64,000 bases of DNA. Source: Candidatus Eiseniibacteriota bacterium. Its GTDB lineage: Bacteria; Eisenbacteria; RBG-16-71-46; SZUA-252. Under the pieces are notes generated by a model. That model saw only the letters and a list, made by a program, of their open reading frames with translations, was not told where the DNA came from and made no database searches. Below, piece after piece: positions 24,010 to 33,968 of this stretch (positions are counted from its first letter, which is position 1; each line of letters opens with the position of its first letter). The stretch spans positions 11,314-75,313 of the forward strand of contig JANMQV010000006.1 in assembly GCA_031370645.1 (NCBI GenBank). Reading direction: 5' to 3'. The position numbers and the translations under genes are program-made.

Positions 24010-27000
24010 CTATCTAACAACGGCGAACTTCTGGAACGAGACCTCGCTGGCGCTACCGCGGCGGGCTTCGATCCTAACCAGATATACCCCGCTCGAGAGG
24101 TTTTGTAGCGGCAATTTCGTCACATTTTGCGCGGGCGCGGTCTCGCCCTGCATGGTTCGCACCACCTCCCCGGTCGGATCCAGGACGCGAATCTCGACCG
24201 AAGAGACTCCCGAATCGAGCGTGTAGGCGATCCCGATCTCATTGCCCCGAGACGGGTTGGGGAAGCAGTAGAAGGAACCCTTCGCGACGAGAGCCCCCCG
24301 CGCGGCGGGTGCCGCCAGCTGGAACTCGTCGAGAACGGCGCTCCGCCGGCGGTCGCCATGGAGTCCGATCCAGGGAGTGCGAGCGCTCGTCCCGTCGGTG
24401 CTGAAGAGCGCGCTATCGGCCCGGACATCCGTCTGGTGGACGTCCCACTGGCCGAAATCCCCCACCGCCACCACGTGGAGCCACGCCGGCCCCGCCGGGT
24501 CGATCGGGACATCGGGTCCGTTGAGCGAGACCAACAGGGGCGTCGATTGGGTCGAGCGCTCCATTCCGAGGGGCCACCCGCTGACCGTCCGGCCCGTGGC
24601 GTCGAGCGCCACGAGAAGACCGTTGGTCAGTGCCACGAGCACATCCTGCGTTCCATTTCCGTCGAGATCCCCCACCACCGGCGAGCCCGAACCTCCACCG
24701 GCTCCGGCCCCGTAGCGAGACGCCAGTCGAACGGGCCAGCCGAGTGCTTCCACGCCGTTCCGGTTCCAGCGGTGAACCGAGCCCTGATCGTCCACCGCCA
24801 TGATCTCGGGGAAGCCGTCGCCGTCGAGATCTCCCGCGGCCGCGGCGCCGAGCGTCCCCGCCACGGTGACGGGCCAGCCGCGCAGTTCCGCGCCGCTCAG
24901 GTCGAAGGCGTGAACGGTCCCCCGTGGAGAATCGACCACGATCACTTCAAGTTCACGATTCGGGTCGCGGTCGAGATCAACGCCGAGGAGTGTTGGATTG
25001 AAATCGTTGACCCCGGTGATCGCGCGCCAGACGACATCGATGGCGCCGCCTCCCTTCCCGGGCTGATCGACGACGCGGAGGTAACCGTCCCGCGTGGCGT
25101 AGGCCATGGAGTACCCGCCAACGCCGTGGAAGCGCCCCACGGCGAGATTCCCCGACACCTCCGTCGTGACGGGCGTCGTGCCGTCGAGAAGCGTGTCGCA
25201 CGCCGCGGATACGAGAGGAGCGATGGAAACACTGTCGGAAGGAGTCACGACGAAGACGCGACCGTCGCTCGTGCCGACGAGGATATTTCCGTCGGGCGAG
25301 AGGACCGGCCCCGTCGTGGCGTTGATGGAAGGATCACCGAGCGTCGGAGGCCAGCCGAAGAGTGAAATCGCCTGCCCCGCCGATTGGGAGTCGGGGCGGA
25401 CGGCGTAGAGACGGCCGTCGTCGCAGGCAGCCACGATCCCCGCGCCGTGTCGTGCCGCCGGATTCCGCCGGAAGAGCGAGTCGACGAAGAGAACCGGCCC
25501 GCGAATCTTCGCGGGGAGCGGCATGAATTCACCGCTCTCGCGCCCGTTCACGTAGGGACGCCCGTCCCCCATCCAGGCGAGAATCAGGCTATCCGCCGCG
25601 GTGACGAGCGATCGTCGTCCGTCGTGAAGGAGGCTCCCGAACGTCGGCGCGCCGAGTCCTCGACCCACCGCGCTCAAAAGCGGCCAGCCCGGAAGTCGAA
25701 TGGTCGACTCGACCGACACGATCATATCGACGGCGGGAGCAGAGAGGACGCGGAGCGTGACGTGGCTGAGGGCGCCGTCGTTCGTGGTCGTGCTCGGATT
25801 CGTATTCGGACCGAGGACGGTGTGGTTGCCGACGAAGTAGGGATCGAAGGGGCTCCCGTAGAAGTAGTACGACGCGGGATCCCCGAGGTCCTTGATCCCG
25901 TCCGCTTCCATGAGGCCGACGCCGAGCCGCTCGGGATTCGAATTGATGCCGAAGTCGGGATTCGCATTCGGCCCGCAGACGAAGCCCGCCCCCGTGCCCG
26001 ACACCTCGCCGGTGACGGTGCAGAAGACGGAGGGATCGATGTGCCAGACGAGAATGCCCTGCCCCGGGAGGAGGAAGTCGTACTCCTTGTCGCCGGTCGT
26101 ATCGAGCGGGTCGGCGCTCGAGAGTCCCGGCCCGAGAATGACGTTGGTCGTGGAATCGCGATCGAGATAGAGCGATTGATCGCCGTTCAAGTCGGTCTGA
26201 CGATTCTCCACGAGGAGGTATTCGTCCCCGTCGAGCGGGATGTAGAGCAATCGAGGGTCGAGTTGCGTCGACTTCAAGGGAGTCGTGACTTGCCGCTCGG
26301 GATCGGTGAACTCGAGCCCCGCAGGCCAGAGGAGCGACTTGCACCAGGGGTCGAGGCTCGTCGGCATGATGCCGCTGGCGACGACGATGGCGCCCGTCTT
26401 CGAGTCCTGGAGCGCCGTGCCGAGGAGATACCCCGAGTCCATGTTGCTCCAGATGCCGACCGCCGGGAAGAACGTGTTGATGTCGTAGAGATCGGGAAGC
26501 CCCTGCGTGTGTCCGAACTCATGCGCGAGCGTGCCGTTGATGGCCCCGAAGTAGCCGTCCTGATTCTCCGTCTCCGGCATGACGAGTCCGCCGAAGATGC
26601 CGCGCGCGCCCCCGTTTACCGCGGCCGATTCCTCGAGAGAGATTTGGAAGGTCGGAAGGTCGCGCTGCGAGTCGCCGAGGATGTCCGACTGGTAGTCGGC
26701 GCCGGCGTGGAAGATCGAGACGACGTCGAAGTCGCCGAAGGGAATCGAATCGGTGGCGTCGGCCGCCAGGACCGCGTCGCGGAAGAAGCGCTGCGCTTCG
26801 GCGAACGACTGACTCCCGAGCGTCCAGGGGCCGTAACGACCCGTGTCGCCGAGGCGGTACGCGCTGTTCTCCGCCTTCGGATAGACGTCGTACTCGACGA
26901 CGAGCTGTCCGTACGACTGCTGCTTGAAATAGCGCGAGAGCGCTTCCAGGTGCGAGAGGAAGAAGCTTCGGTTGTGCGGCGGTGGATCGATGACGATGCC

Positions 27001-27462
27001 GAGCGCCGATCCATCGCGGAGATCGAACTTGCCGTCGGAGGTGCTGGTGGCGCTCCCGAGACTGTCGGTGTCGAACTCGACGCGAAGGGCGAGCACTCGC
27101 ACGGTGTCGGCCACGCCCGTGGTGGAGAGCGCGCGCTCGAGCCGACCGGCGCCGTTCGGCGCGAGGAGCGGAGGTTTCCGGCCGCTGATCCAGGGAGATC
27201 GGCGTCCCCCGCCGAGATGCTCGGGGAAGGCGCGCCTTAGCGCGAGCCGGCGATCGGTGAGCATCTTCACCGCCTGGCGATCGGCGGCCGAAAGCGCTTC
27301 GGGCCGCGCCTTCGCCACGCGCCACGGCTCTCCCCGGCGGACGGGTGCGGTGGGGACCGGTGCCCCGGCAGCCTCCGCGCGGGAAACAAAAGGAGCCAGG
27401 CTTCCGAACGAAGCCTGGCTCCCGAGGAGTAGCGTGACGATCCAGCGCTTCAGGCGCCCCAC
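24010..27462 (-). CDS. Secreted M6 (immune inhibitor A-like) metalloprotease with FG-GAP repeats and a T9SS-type C-terminal sorting domain
   Basis: FHAGAD, HEFGHTQGLPDLY (HExxHxxGxxD), DPWCK, EYLLVENR and GILVWH; repeats GDLDGDGFPEI and GWP; sorting domain CFPNPS...SSGVYLVRI...KFAVVR. Confidence 0.88.
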   Translation of the reverse strand: MGRLKRWIVTLLLGSQASFGSLAPFVSRAEAAGAPVPTAPVRRGEPWRVAKARPEALSAADRQAVKMLTDRRLALRRAFPEHLGGGRRSPWISGRKPPLLAPNGAGRLERALSTTGVADTVRVLALRVEFDTDSLGSATSTSDGKFDLRDGSALGIVIDPPPHNRSFFLSHLEALSRYFKQQSYGQLVVEYDVYPKAENSAYRLGDTGRYGPWTLGSQSFAEAQRFFRDAVLAADATDSIPFGDFDVVSIFHAGADYQSDILGDSQRDLPTFQISLEESAAVNGGARGIFGGLVMPETENQDGYFGAINGTLAHEFGHTQGLPDLYDINTFFPAVGIWSNMDSGYLLGTALQDSKTGAIVVASGIMPTSLDPWCKSLLWPAGLEFTDPERQVTTPLKSTQLDPRLLYIPLDGDEYLLVENRQTDLNGDQSLYLDRDSTTNVILGPGLSSADPLDTTGDKEYDFLLPGQGILVWHIDPSVFCTVTGEVSGTGAGFVCGPNANPDFGINSNPERLGVGLMEADGIKDLGDPASYYFYGSPFDPYFVGNHTVLGPNTNPSTTTNDGALSHVTLRVLSAPAVDMIVSVESTIRLPGWPLLSAVGRGLGAPTFGSLLHDGRRSLVTAADSLILAWMGDGRPYVNGRESGEFMPLPAKIRGPVLFVDSLFRRNPAARHGAGIVAACDDGRLYAVRPDSQSAGQAISLFGWPPTLGDPSINATTGPVLSPDGNILVGTSDGRVFVVTPSDSVSIAPLVSAACDTLLDGTTPVTTEVSGNLAVGRFHGVGGYSMAYATRDGYLRVVDQPGKGGGAIDVVWRAITGVNDFNPTLLGVDLDRDPNRELEVIVVDSPRGTVHAFDLSGAELRGWPVTVAGTLGAAAAGDLDGDGFPEIMAVDDQGSVHRWNRNGVEALGWPVRLASRYGAGAGGGSGSPVVGDLDGNGTQDVLVALTNGLLVALDATGRTVSGWPLGMERSTQSTPLLVSLNGPDVPIDPAGPAWLHVVAVGDFGQWDVHQTDVRADSALFSTDGTSARTPWIGLHGDRRRSAVLDEFQLAAPAARGALVAKGSFYCFPNPSRGNEIGIAYTLDSGVSSVEIRVLDPTGEVVRTMQGETAPAQNVTKLPLQNLSSGVYLVRIEARRGSASEVSFQKFAVVR

Positions 27463-27475
27463 GTCGATGGCGATC

Positions 27476-28447
27476 TTAGAAGTGGTAGCTGGCCGAGAAG
27501 CGGCTTGTACGATTCAGGAACTCCGACTGCGGGAACGACGCGTAGTCGAAGCGGAACCCCTTGTACGTCAGGCCGAGCCCGTAGGTCGCGTCCGTAATCG
27601 TGCCGATCGGGTCGCTGATGTAGCCAACCCGAAGCGCGATGAGCCGGTTGAACTCGTATTCGATGCCGGCATTCCAGACGCTCACGCCGAGTACCTCGTC
27701 CGGAAGGAGGAAGCGATTCGCGTCGGCGGCGATCAGGACCCGGTGAACCTCGTTTTCAAACGGGGTATAGGCGAACCCGATCTTCAGATTGCGACCGAGC
27801 GGATCGGACTGATCCTCATCGATGTACGCGATGCTCGGGCCGAGGTTTTGGATTACCGCCGCGAAGGACGCCTTCCATTTCGGCACTTTGTAGAGGGTCC
27901 CGATGTCGGCGGCGAACGACGTGCCCCGTCCGGCGCGGCCGTCGAGGGTCACCGTGGCCGGCGCGAGATCGACCCGCAGCAGCTTCAGCGCCACGCCGAA
28001 TCCGAGGTTGTCGCCGATTTCGGTTCCGTAGGCGATCGTCGGGGCGATTTCATAGGAACTGAATTCGCCGGTCACATTGCCGTCCGGATCGGTTCCCTCG
28101 GTCTTGCCGTAGGAGAGATAACCGATCGCAGCACCGAGACCGCCCCATCCCTCAACATGCTGCACATACGCGAGGTAGGAGAAGTTGACGTCGTCGGCCA
28201 GATCCGGCACGAGCTGCGTGTACATGAACGACGCGTCGTGGCCGCGGGCGAAGGCCATGGCGCCCGGATTCCACCAAATCATGTTGGCGTCGTCCGCCAC
28301 GGCGACGAAGGCGCGCCCCATGCCGTCCGAGCGAGCCCCGGGGGCAATGAGGGAAGACGCCGCGCCGGCTTGCGACTGCGCGTGGGCTGTTCCGACCGTG
28401 CCCACCAATAGCAGGGCCGCCAGGCAGAGCGTGGTGAAACGAATCAT
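27476..28447 (-). CDS. porV: PorV/PorQ-family T9SS outer membrane protein
   Basis: LIAPGARSDGMG, ADDANMIWWNPG, LVPDLADD, IQNLGP and LRVGY; C-terminal SYHF; strong GGAGG RBS. Confidence 0.85.
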   Translation of the reverse strand: MIRFTTLCLAALLLVGTVGTAHAQSQAGAASSLIAPGARSDGMGRAFVAVADDANMIWWNPGAMAFARGHDASFMYTQLVPDLADDVNFSYLAYVQHVEGWGGLGAAIGYLSYGKTEGTDPDGNVTGEFSSYEIAPTIAYGTEIGDNLGFGVALKLLRVDLAPATVTLDGRAGRGTSFAADIGTLYKVPKWKASFAAVIQNLGPSIAYIDEDQSDPLGRNLKIGFAYTPFENEVHRVLIAADANRFLLPDEVLGVSVWNAGIEYEFNRLIALRVGYISDPIGTITDATYGLGLTYKGFRFDYASFPQSEFLNRTSRFSASYHF

Positions 28448-28475
28448 TTCGTAACCTCCTTCGAGACACTACAGA

Positions 28476-28539
28476 GGGATGCCGAAGCACCCCGCAGCCG
28501 AGACCTCTCAATGGTACCGGAAATTGGGGCCACCTTCAA
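28476..28539 (-). promoter_or_regulatory. Internal sigma70-type promoter and C(UUCG)G leader hairpin upstream of porV
   Basis: Minus strand TTGAAG (28539-28534), 17 nt, TACCAT (28516-28511). Hairpin GGGGTGC-TTCG-GCATCCC at 28476-28493. Confidence 0.55.
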
Positions 28540-28552
28540 GCGCGACACCCGG

Positions 28553-31500
28553 TTATCGAGTCCGAAGCGCGCGCCCGACCGCGTCCACCCTGCCTGATCC
28601 CGCCGCTTCCGCCGTAACGTGAATGAGGTACACGCCGATGGCCACATTTTCTCCCCCTGAATCGCGCCCGTCCCACGGAAGGTAATTCTCCCCCGCCTTC
28701 CCGTCCGCCGACCACTCGCGCACCCTCCGACCCGCCACGGTAAGGATCTGCACCTTCAACCGGGCCGGCTGACTCAGGCGAACGTGGACGTAGGTCTCCT
28801 TTTCGAACGGGTTGGGGTAGTTGAAGACCTGGCTCAACTGAAGCGGCCCGCCACCGCCGGCCGAGGCCGCCACCTCGATCACGAACGAGGCGACGCCGAT
28901 ATTCCGGTAGGTATCGGAAGCGTGCACTTCCATCCGGTGGGGGCCGGTCGCGAGGGGGGGCAGGGTGAGGATCACGCTCCCTCGCGTGCCGCTCCCGACC
29001 TGGTAGACGAACGCGGAGGTGAGGTTGATCGGGGTTCCCGCATCGTCGAAGAGGACGAAGACGGCGTGGGCGTTGTCGAAGCCGGTCAGATCGATGCCGC
29101 TCGAGTCCTCGATCGCGATCGTCACCTGGTCGCCCGGGGAATAGGTCGTGTCGGGGGGTGCGACGAGGGTGATGGTGGGAGGCGTGACGTCGATGCGCGG
29201 GGAGAGCCCCTGTCCGATCCGAAGCGAATCGACCGCGAGCCCCACGCCCTCTCCGCCTGCCTGTTCGAGGAGCGCCTCGAGCCGCGCGCCGGGGCCGCTC
29301 ACGCGCGCGTCGACCGGCACTGTGAACTGAATCGCGAAGGTGCCTGCCGCGAGCGAAACCTCGCCCTGGTAAAGCAACGGGCCGGGGAGATCGTACGGAG
29401 CGATTCCCGGATTCCCGCCGTTCGACCCCGTTTGAATTCGCCTCGACGGGGGCCCGAGAATCCGAAGACGGGCGCGACCCGCGGCGAGTGTGTCGGCGGA
29501 ACCGTCCTCGTTGATGGCATGGCCGCGAAGGGTGACCTGCTCTCCGCGAAGGACCGAATCGAGCGCGCCCTTTTCCCACACCCCCCTACCACGCGGGAGC
29601 GGCGGGAGAGTCCCGGGCTCGCCCAAGAGGGCGTACTTCCGGGCGCTGATATTGACGCTCTGATTCTTGGCGCGCGCCCACGCGAGGCCGACGGTGGTCA
29701 GACTGTCGACGCGGGGAGCGAGGGGAAAGAGCTGGTCGACGAAGCGGTCGTTCAACTCGCTGCTTTCGGTGCCGAAGACTTCCCCGGTCGCGGCGACGGC
29801 CGCCACGGCGCCGACGGTCGGTGCACGCACGAGGATCTCCGCCAGCCCGTCCGCCCCGCTCCGGTATTCGTCGAAACGTCCCACCGTGCAGCTCATGAAG
29901 CACCAGATCGCGGGAAAGGAAGTGTTCGTCAGCCGGGTGGCATCGGTCGAGCGGAAGACCTGCTCGTCGGCAAGGAAATTGTCGGTGCCATGCCCGATAT
30001 AGTCGACGAGCCAGTTCTGGCGGTTCACCGCGGCGATGAATGCTTCCCGCGCCCCCGGCTTCGACGTCTTGAACGAGTCGGAGAATGCGTAGTCGTTCAG
30101 ATAGACCTTTTCACGTGTGATCGGGAACGGGAGGTGGAATCGATCCTTCCGCTCCATTTGTCGCACGTGGTCCAGGCCGACTGGATCGAGTTGCTGCGGT
30201 TTCGACCACTTCCAGGCATCGTCGGCGCAGAGCAACGCGCGATTCCTCGCAAGATCGAAGGAAGTGTTCGATTCATAGATCCTTCGCTTGCCGCGAACCA
30301 TCTCGAGCGCTTCCTCCGGCGTTCGCGCCGGAAGGCGGCCGATCGCGAGGTCGAGGAGCTGGTCGCCCGGTCCGTCGAGCCGGACGATCCAGTCCTCGAT
30401 CGAGTACTGCTCCTGGAGCTCGGTGTGGTGCCCCCGACTGTAGGTCGGTACCTGATCGATGACGCGAAGACCCGAGTAGTTGAGCGGATCGAGCGATGCG
30501 TCGCCGAGGAGGCAGACATAGAGCGGAGGGCGCGCCCAGTGCCGCGTCGCATACGCGAGGAAATTTCGAAGCGCCGCGACGTCGGGAGTGCCGCCGGCGA
30601 ATTGGCTGAAAATCCGATCCGTCGTCGCGACCCGCGCGATGGGGTTCGCCTCCCCGCTCAGGAAGCGGGACCGATCGGTGGCCAGCGATTCCGCGGCGGC
30701 GAGGAAAGCCGGGGGCGCGACGACGATGTAGTCCGCCTGGTTCGCCGTATCGAGCAGGTCGCTGACGGTTCGCGCTCCCATCGGAGGCGCGTAGAGAGCG
30801 ATGGCGGAGGGACGTAGCGCTCGCGTCGTGGAGAGGAGCGCATAGCGGGGACGATATCCGGGCCCCGCGCTGTCTTCGAGCGTGAGCGTGAAGGCGCCCG
30901 GCGCCCCACTCCAGGCGCCGCCGAACAATCGGACCGGACGGTCGGGGTCGGTGCGGTCGTAGCAGCGGACGGCGGCGCTGTCCGACACGGCGCTGACCGC
31001 GTAGCGGAATCGGCCCGCGGCCACCGAGTCGGGCGCGGCGAAGAAAAGCGTGTCGGCCGTCGCCTGGAGCCGCCGTGAATAATCGACGTCGAACCAGGCG
31101 ATGTACTGCGCGTCGCTCCGATTTGGATCGCTCGGATCGTTGATGAGCGGTACGCCGACTTCGAGCGTATCGCGGATCGACTGCCCTACCGCGAATCCTC
31201 CACCCGTCAGATCTTGCGGAAGCGAGAAATTCCAGCCCGCGCTATCAACAAGGGCGCGATTCCACGTAACGCGGGCGATGTGGTCCGGGATCGACGTCCC
31301 AATCGAGCTGTTGAATCCCCAGAGCCGAAGGCGGAGCGACGCGGCGCTTCCCGGAACGGCGCCCGGGAGCGAGAGCGGGTAGGCAATGCGATTTCCTTCG
31401 ACGATGATTCGATCGAACCATCGCTCCCAGGTGTAACCCGGCAGGAAGAGATTGATCTGGTAGAGCCGATTCGCCCCAATGTGAAGCCGGTGCACGTCCG

Positions 31501-32707
31501 TGGTCAAGAGCGGGGCGCTGCCGGACACCAACGCGGCGTCTCGCCCCGGGACGCGAAGGGGTGCCGTGACCGGCGGTCCTGATCCCCACGTGAGCCAGTA
31601 GGGCGCTTCGAACGTACGGAGCGCCTCTTTAAATTCCTCGCCGCCACCGCGCTTCAGGTCGAATCCGAAACCGAACGCGCCGGTGCCGTAGAAATAGAGG
31701 GTATCGGCGGGGTCGAACGAGCCGTCACCCTCCCCTTTCACCTCGATCGCGCACTCGCGAAGCGAATCGGGGACGAGATCGACGTCGACGCTCTCCGGAA
31801 GGTCTCCGGGAGAGGCGCGGAAGATTCGGAGCGTCGCGGGATCGATCGAACCGACCGCCACGCCCGCGGTGGCGAGGTCGGCGGCCGTCACGCGATAGAG
31901 CCCGGTGCGCGTCGTTGCGAGGCGAACCCAAGGACGCGACGGATCGACGCGAAGCGGCCCGCCCGCGGCGGTGGCGCGAGGGGCGGGGGAACTCGAACGC
32001 ATGGCGTAGCGCGGTCCCGCGGCGGCGTCCGGCTCGAGCGCCACGGCCCGAGCGCTCGCCCGCGGTGTGCTCCCCGCTCCCGGCGCCAGCGCCTCGACAG
32101 GACGCTCCCACGAGACGTCAAGCACCACGTCTTCGAACTGCCACGCGCTTCCGGTCGCCGGCTCCCACTGCACGGGCGCGAGTTCCACGGCGAGGATTCG
32201 CGTCCCTCCCACCGCCATCGGCGTGACCCGCCGAATCAGGTCGGCCGGCGGAGCCGCGGCATAGGCCGGCGAGGCGAGTGCCTCCCGCCAATCGCGAGTC
32301 CGCTGTCCTGCCCGCTCGCTCGGTTCCGTGACGAGCTTCGGTACCGGCGTCGGCCGGATCGCGCCAAGAGGGCGCGTCGTACCGGGCGTCGCGCGGACGT
32401 GCGGTTCCACACCCCATGGCACGCGGAGCCATACCGTGCGCGTCGGAATCTGCGGCGCTCCGTCGGGCGCGGTGTCGGCCCCGCCGGGAAGGAGCACCTC
32501 ATCGAGGGGGACTCCCTCGACGTCGCCGTGCACCACGACGGCTTCCCCGATCGGAACACGGACGCGGTAGCCGAACGGGGTGGCGGCGGAGGTAACGAGC
32601 GCGGGAGGAAGCGACGCGGCGGCCGACGCGGAGGCCGCGGCTCCGCCGAGAATCGGGGCGGCGGCAATCGCGACCCATGCGAGGACGCCGGAGAAAAAGC
32701 GGCGCAT
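28553..32707 (-). CDS. porU: T9SS sortase PorU (peptidase C25) with a C-terminal FlgD-Ig/sorting domain
   Basis: C25 propeptide, GLYRVT, YFYG, YVCLLGDAS, IGRLP, catalytic YIGHG and SCTVGRFD, YALLGEP, DVTPP; sorting domain NYPNPF...WDGRD..G..VAIGVY. Start ATG 32707. Confidence 0.88.
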   Translation of the reverse strand: MRRFFSGVLAWVAIAAAPILGGAAASASAAASLPPALVTSAATPFGYRVRVPIGEAVVVHGDVEGVPLDEVLLPGGADTAPDGAPQIPTRTVWLRVPWGVEPHVRATPGTTRPLGAIRPTPVPKLVTEPSERAGQRTRDWREALASPAYAAAPPADLIRRVTPMAVGGTRILAVELAPVQWEPATGSAWQFEDVVLDVSWERPVEALAPGAGSTPRASARAVALEPDAAAGPRYAMRSSSPAPRATAAGGPLRVDPSRPWVRLATTRTGLYRVTAADLATAGVAVGSIDPATLRIFRASPGDLPESVDVDLVPDSLRECAIEVKGEGDGSFDPADTLYFYGTGAFGFGFDLKRGGGEEFKEALRTFEAPYWLTWGSGPPVTAPLRVPGRDAALVSGSAPLLTTDVHRLHIGANRLYQINLFLPGYTWERWFDRIIVEGNRIAYPLSLPGAVPGSAASLRLRLWGFNSSIGTSIPDHIARVTWNRALVDSAGWNFSLPQDLTGGGFAVGQSIRDTLEVGVPLINDPSDPNRSDAQYIAWFDVDYSRRLQATADTLFFAAPDSVAAGRFRYAVSAVSDSAAVRCYDRTDPDRPVRLFGGAWSGAPGAFTLTLEDSAGPGYRPRYALLSTTRALRPSAIALYAPPMGARTVSDLLDTANQADYIVVAPPAFLAAAESLATDRSRFLSGEANPIARVATTDRIFSQFAGGTPDVAALRNFLAYATRHWARPPLYVCLLGDASLDPLNYSGLRVIDQVPTYSRGHHTELQEQYSIEDWIVRLDGPGDQLLDLAIGRLPARTPEEALEMVRGKRRIYESNTSFDLARNRALLCADDAWKWSKPQQLDPVGLDHVRQMERKDRFHLPFPITREKVYLNDYAFSDSFKTSKPGAREAFIAAVNRQNWLVDYIGHGTDNFLADEQVFRSTDATRLTNTSFPAIWCFMSCTVGRFDEYRSGADGLAEILVRAPTVGAVAAVAATGEVFGTESSELNDRFVDQLFPLAPRVDSLTTVGLAWARAKNQSVNISARKYALLGEPGTLPPLPRGRGVWEKGALDSVLRGEQVTLRGHAINEDGSADTLAAGRARLRILGPPSRRIQTGSNGGNPGIAPYDLPGPLLYQGEVSLAAGTFAIQFTVPVDARVSGPGARLEALLEQAGGEGVGLAVDSLRIGQGLSPRIDVTPPTITLVAPPDTTYSPGDQVTIAIEDSSGIDLTGFDNAHAVFVLFDDAGTPINLTSAFVYQVGSGTRGSVILTLPPLATGPHRMEVHASDTYRNIGVASFVIEVAASAGGGGPLQLSQVFNYPNPFEKETYVHVRLSQPARLKVQILTVAGRRVREWSADGKAGENYLPWDGRDSGGENVAIGVYLIHVTAEAAGSGRVDAVGRALRTR

Positions 32708-32883
32708 CAGGTCCGTTCGATCTTCTCCGCTTCCTCGGGAAGCATGACGGGAACGCCGTCCACGACCGGATAGCGGAGTGCGCACGCTTCGCAGATCAGC
32801 TTGTCGGCCTCGCGATCGTACCGGAGATCGCCCCGGCAATTCGGGCAGACCAAAAGGGCGAGGAGCTCGTCGCTCAGCGGCAT
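32707..32883 (-). CDS. Trm112/YcaR-family small zinc-finger protein (58 aa)
   Basis: Not in the ORF track. MPLSDELLALLVCPNCRGDLRYDREADKLICEACALRYPVVDGVPVMLPEEAEKIERT*; AAGGA RBS; TGATG overlap with porU. Confidence 0.9.
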   Translation of the reverse strand: MPLSDELLALLVCPNCRGDLRYDREADKLICEACALRYPVVDGVPVMLPEEAEKIERT

Positions 32884-32908
32884 CGGATCGGTCCTTCGTC
32901 GAAGAGGG

Positions 32909-33949
32909 TCAGAGCGCGGGCGGCATCGCGGCGCCGGCCGCCGGGGCGGAATCGAGAGAGGTGCCCTCCGGAGGGCTCGCCACGGCGACCGCCTCCTCGA
33001 GATACACCCCCATCTTCAAGTATTTCTCCAGCCGCCGGTCGAGAAGTTCCTGCTTCGGCAGCCCGAGGAGGGAACGGATGTGGCGGAGAACCGCGTCCTT
33101 GAGTCGAATCGCCGTCTCGTCGGGATCGCGGTGTGCGCCTCCCAGCGGTTCCGGGATGATCTCGTCGATCACGTGCAGTTCGAGGAGATCCTTCGCCGTC
33201 AACTTCAGGGCCTCGGCCGCCTGTTCCGCCTTCGAGGCGTCCTTCCAGAGGATCGCGGCACACCCCTCCGGCGTGATGACCGAGTAGATCGAATTCTCCA
33301 TCATCATGACGACGTCGCCGACGGCGAGGGCCAACGCACCGCCGGAGCCGCCCTCGCCGATTACCACCGTGACGATCGGCACGGGGAGATGCGCCATCTC
33401 GAGAATGTTTCGCGCCAGGGCCTCCGACTGGCCGCGCTCTTCCGCGCCGAGCCCGGGGTACGCCCCCGGCGTATCGACCAGTGTCACGATCGGAAGGCCG
33501 AAGGAGGCGGCCGTCTTCATGATGCGAAGCGCCTTCCGGTACCCCTCCGGGTGCGCCATGCCGAAATTCCGGTAGATGTTCTCCTTCGTGTCGCGCCCCT
33601 TCTGGTGCCCCATGAGCACGAGCGGGAGATCGTCCACAACGGCGAAACCCGCGACGATGGCGGGATCCTCCCCGAAGCGCCTGTCTCCATGGAGCTCCAT
33701 GAATCCGGGCGCGATCTGTTTGATGTAGTCGAGGGTGTAGGGGCGGCGCGGATGGCGCGCCAGTTTCACGCGCTGCCAGCGCGTCAGTTTCGCGTAGATG
33801 TCGTGGCGAAGCCGATCGGCCTGGCGTTCGAGCTTTTGCAGCTCGTCCATGGCCTTCGGATTTTCGGGCGTGGCGAGCCCGCGGAGGTCTTCGATCTTTC
33901 GCTCGATCTCGACGATCGGCTTTTCGAAATCGAGCCACGTCCCGTTCAT
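32909..33949 (-). CDS. accA: Acetyl-CoA carboxylase carboxyltransferase alpha subunit
   Basis: LDFEKPI, ARHPRRP, ELHGDR, NFGMAHPEGYRKA and GEGGSGGALA. Confidence 0.97.
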   Translation of the reverse strand: MNGTWLDFEKPIVEIERKIEDLRGLATPENPKAMDELQKLERQADRLRHDIYAKLTRWQRVKLARHPRRPYTLDYIKQIAPGFMELHGDRRFGEDPAIVAGFAVVDDLPLVLMGHQKGRDTKENIYRNFGMAHPEGYRKALRIMKTAASFGLPIVTLVDTPGAYPGLGAEERGQSEALARNILEMAHLPVPIVTVVIGEGGSGGALALAVGDVVMMMENSIYSVITPEGCAAILWKDASKAEQAAEALKLTAKDLLELHVIDEIIPEPLGGAHRDPDETAIRLKDAVLRHIRSLLGLPKQELLDRRLEKYLKMGVYLEEAVAVASPPEGTSLDSAPAAGAAMPPAL

Positions 33950-33968
33950 GTCGCCCTCCCGGCCTCGG

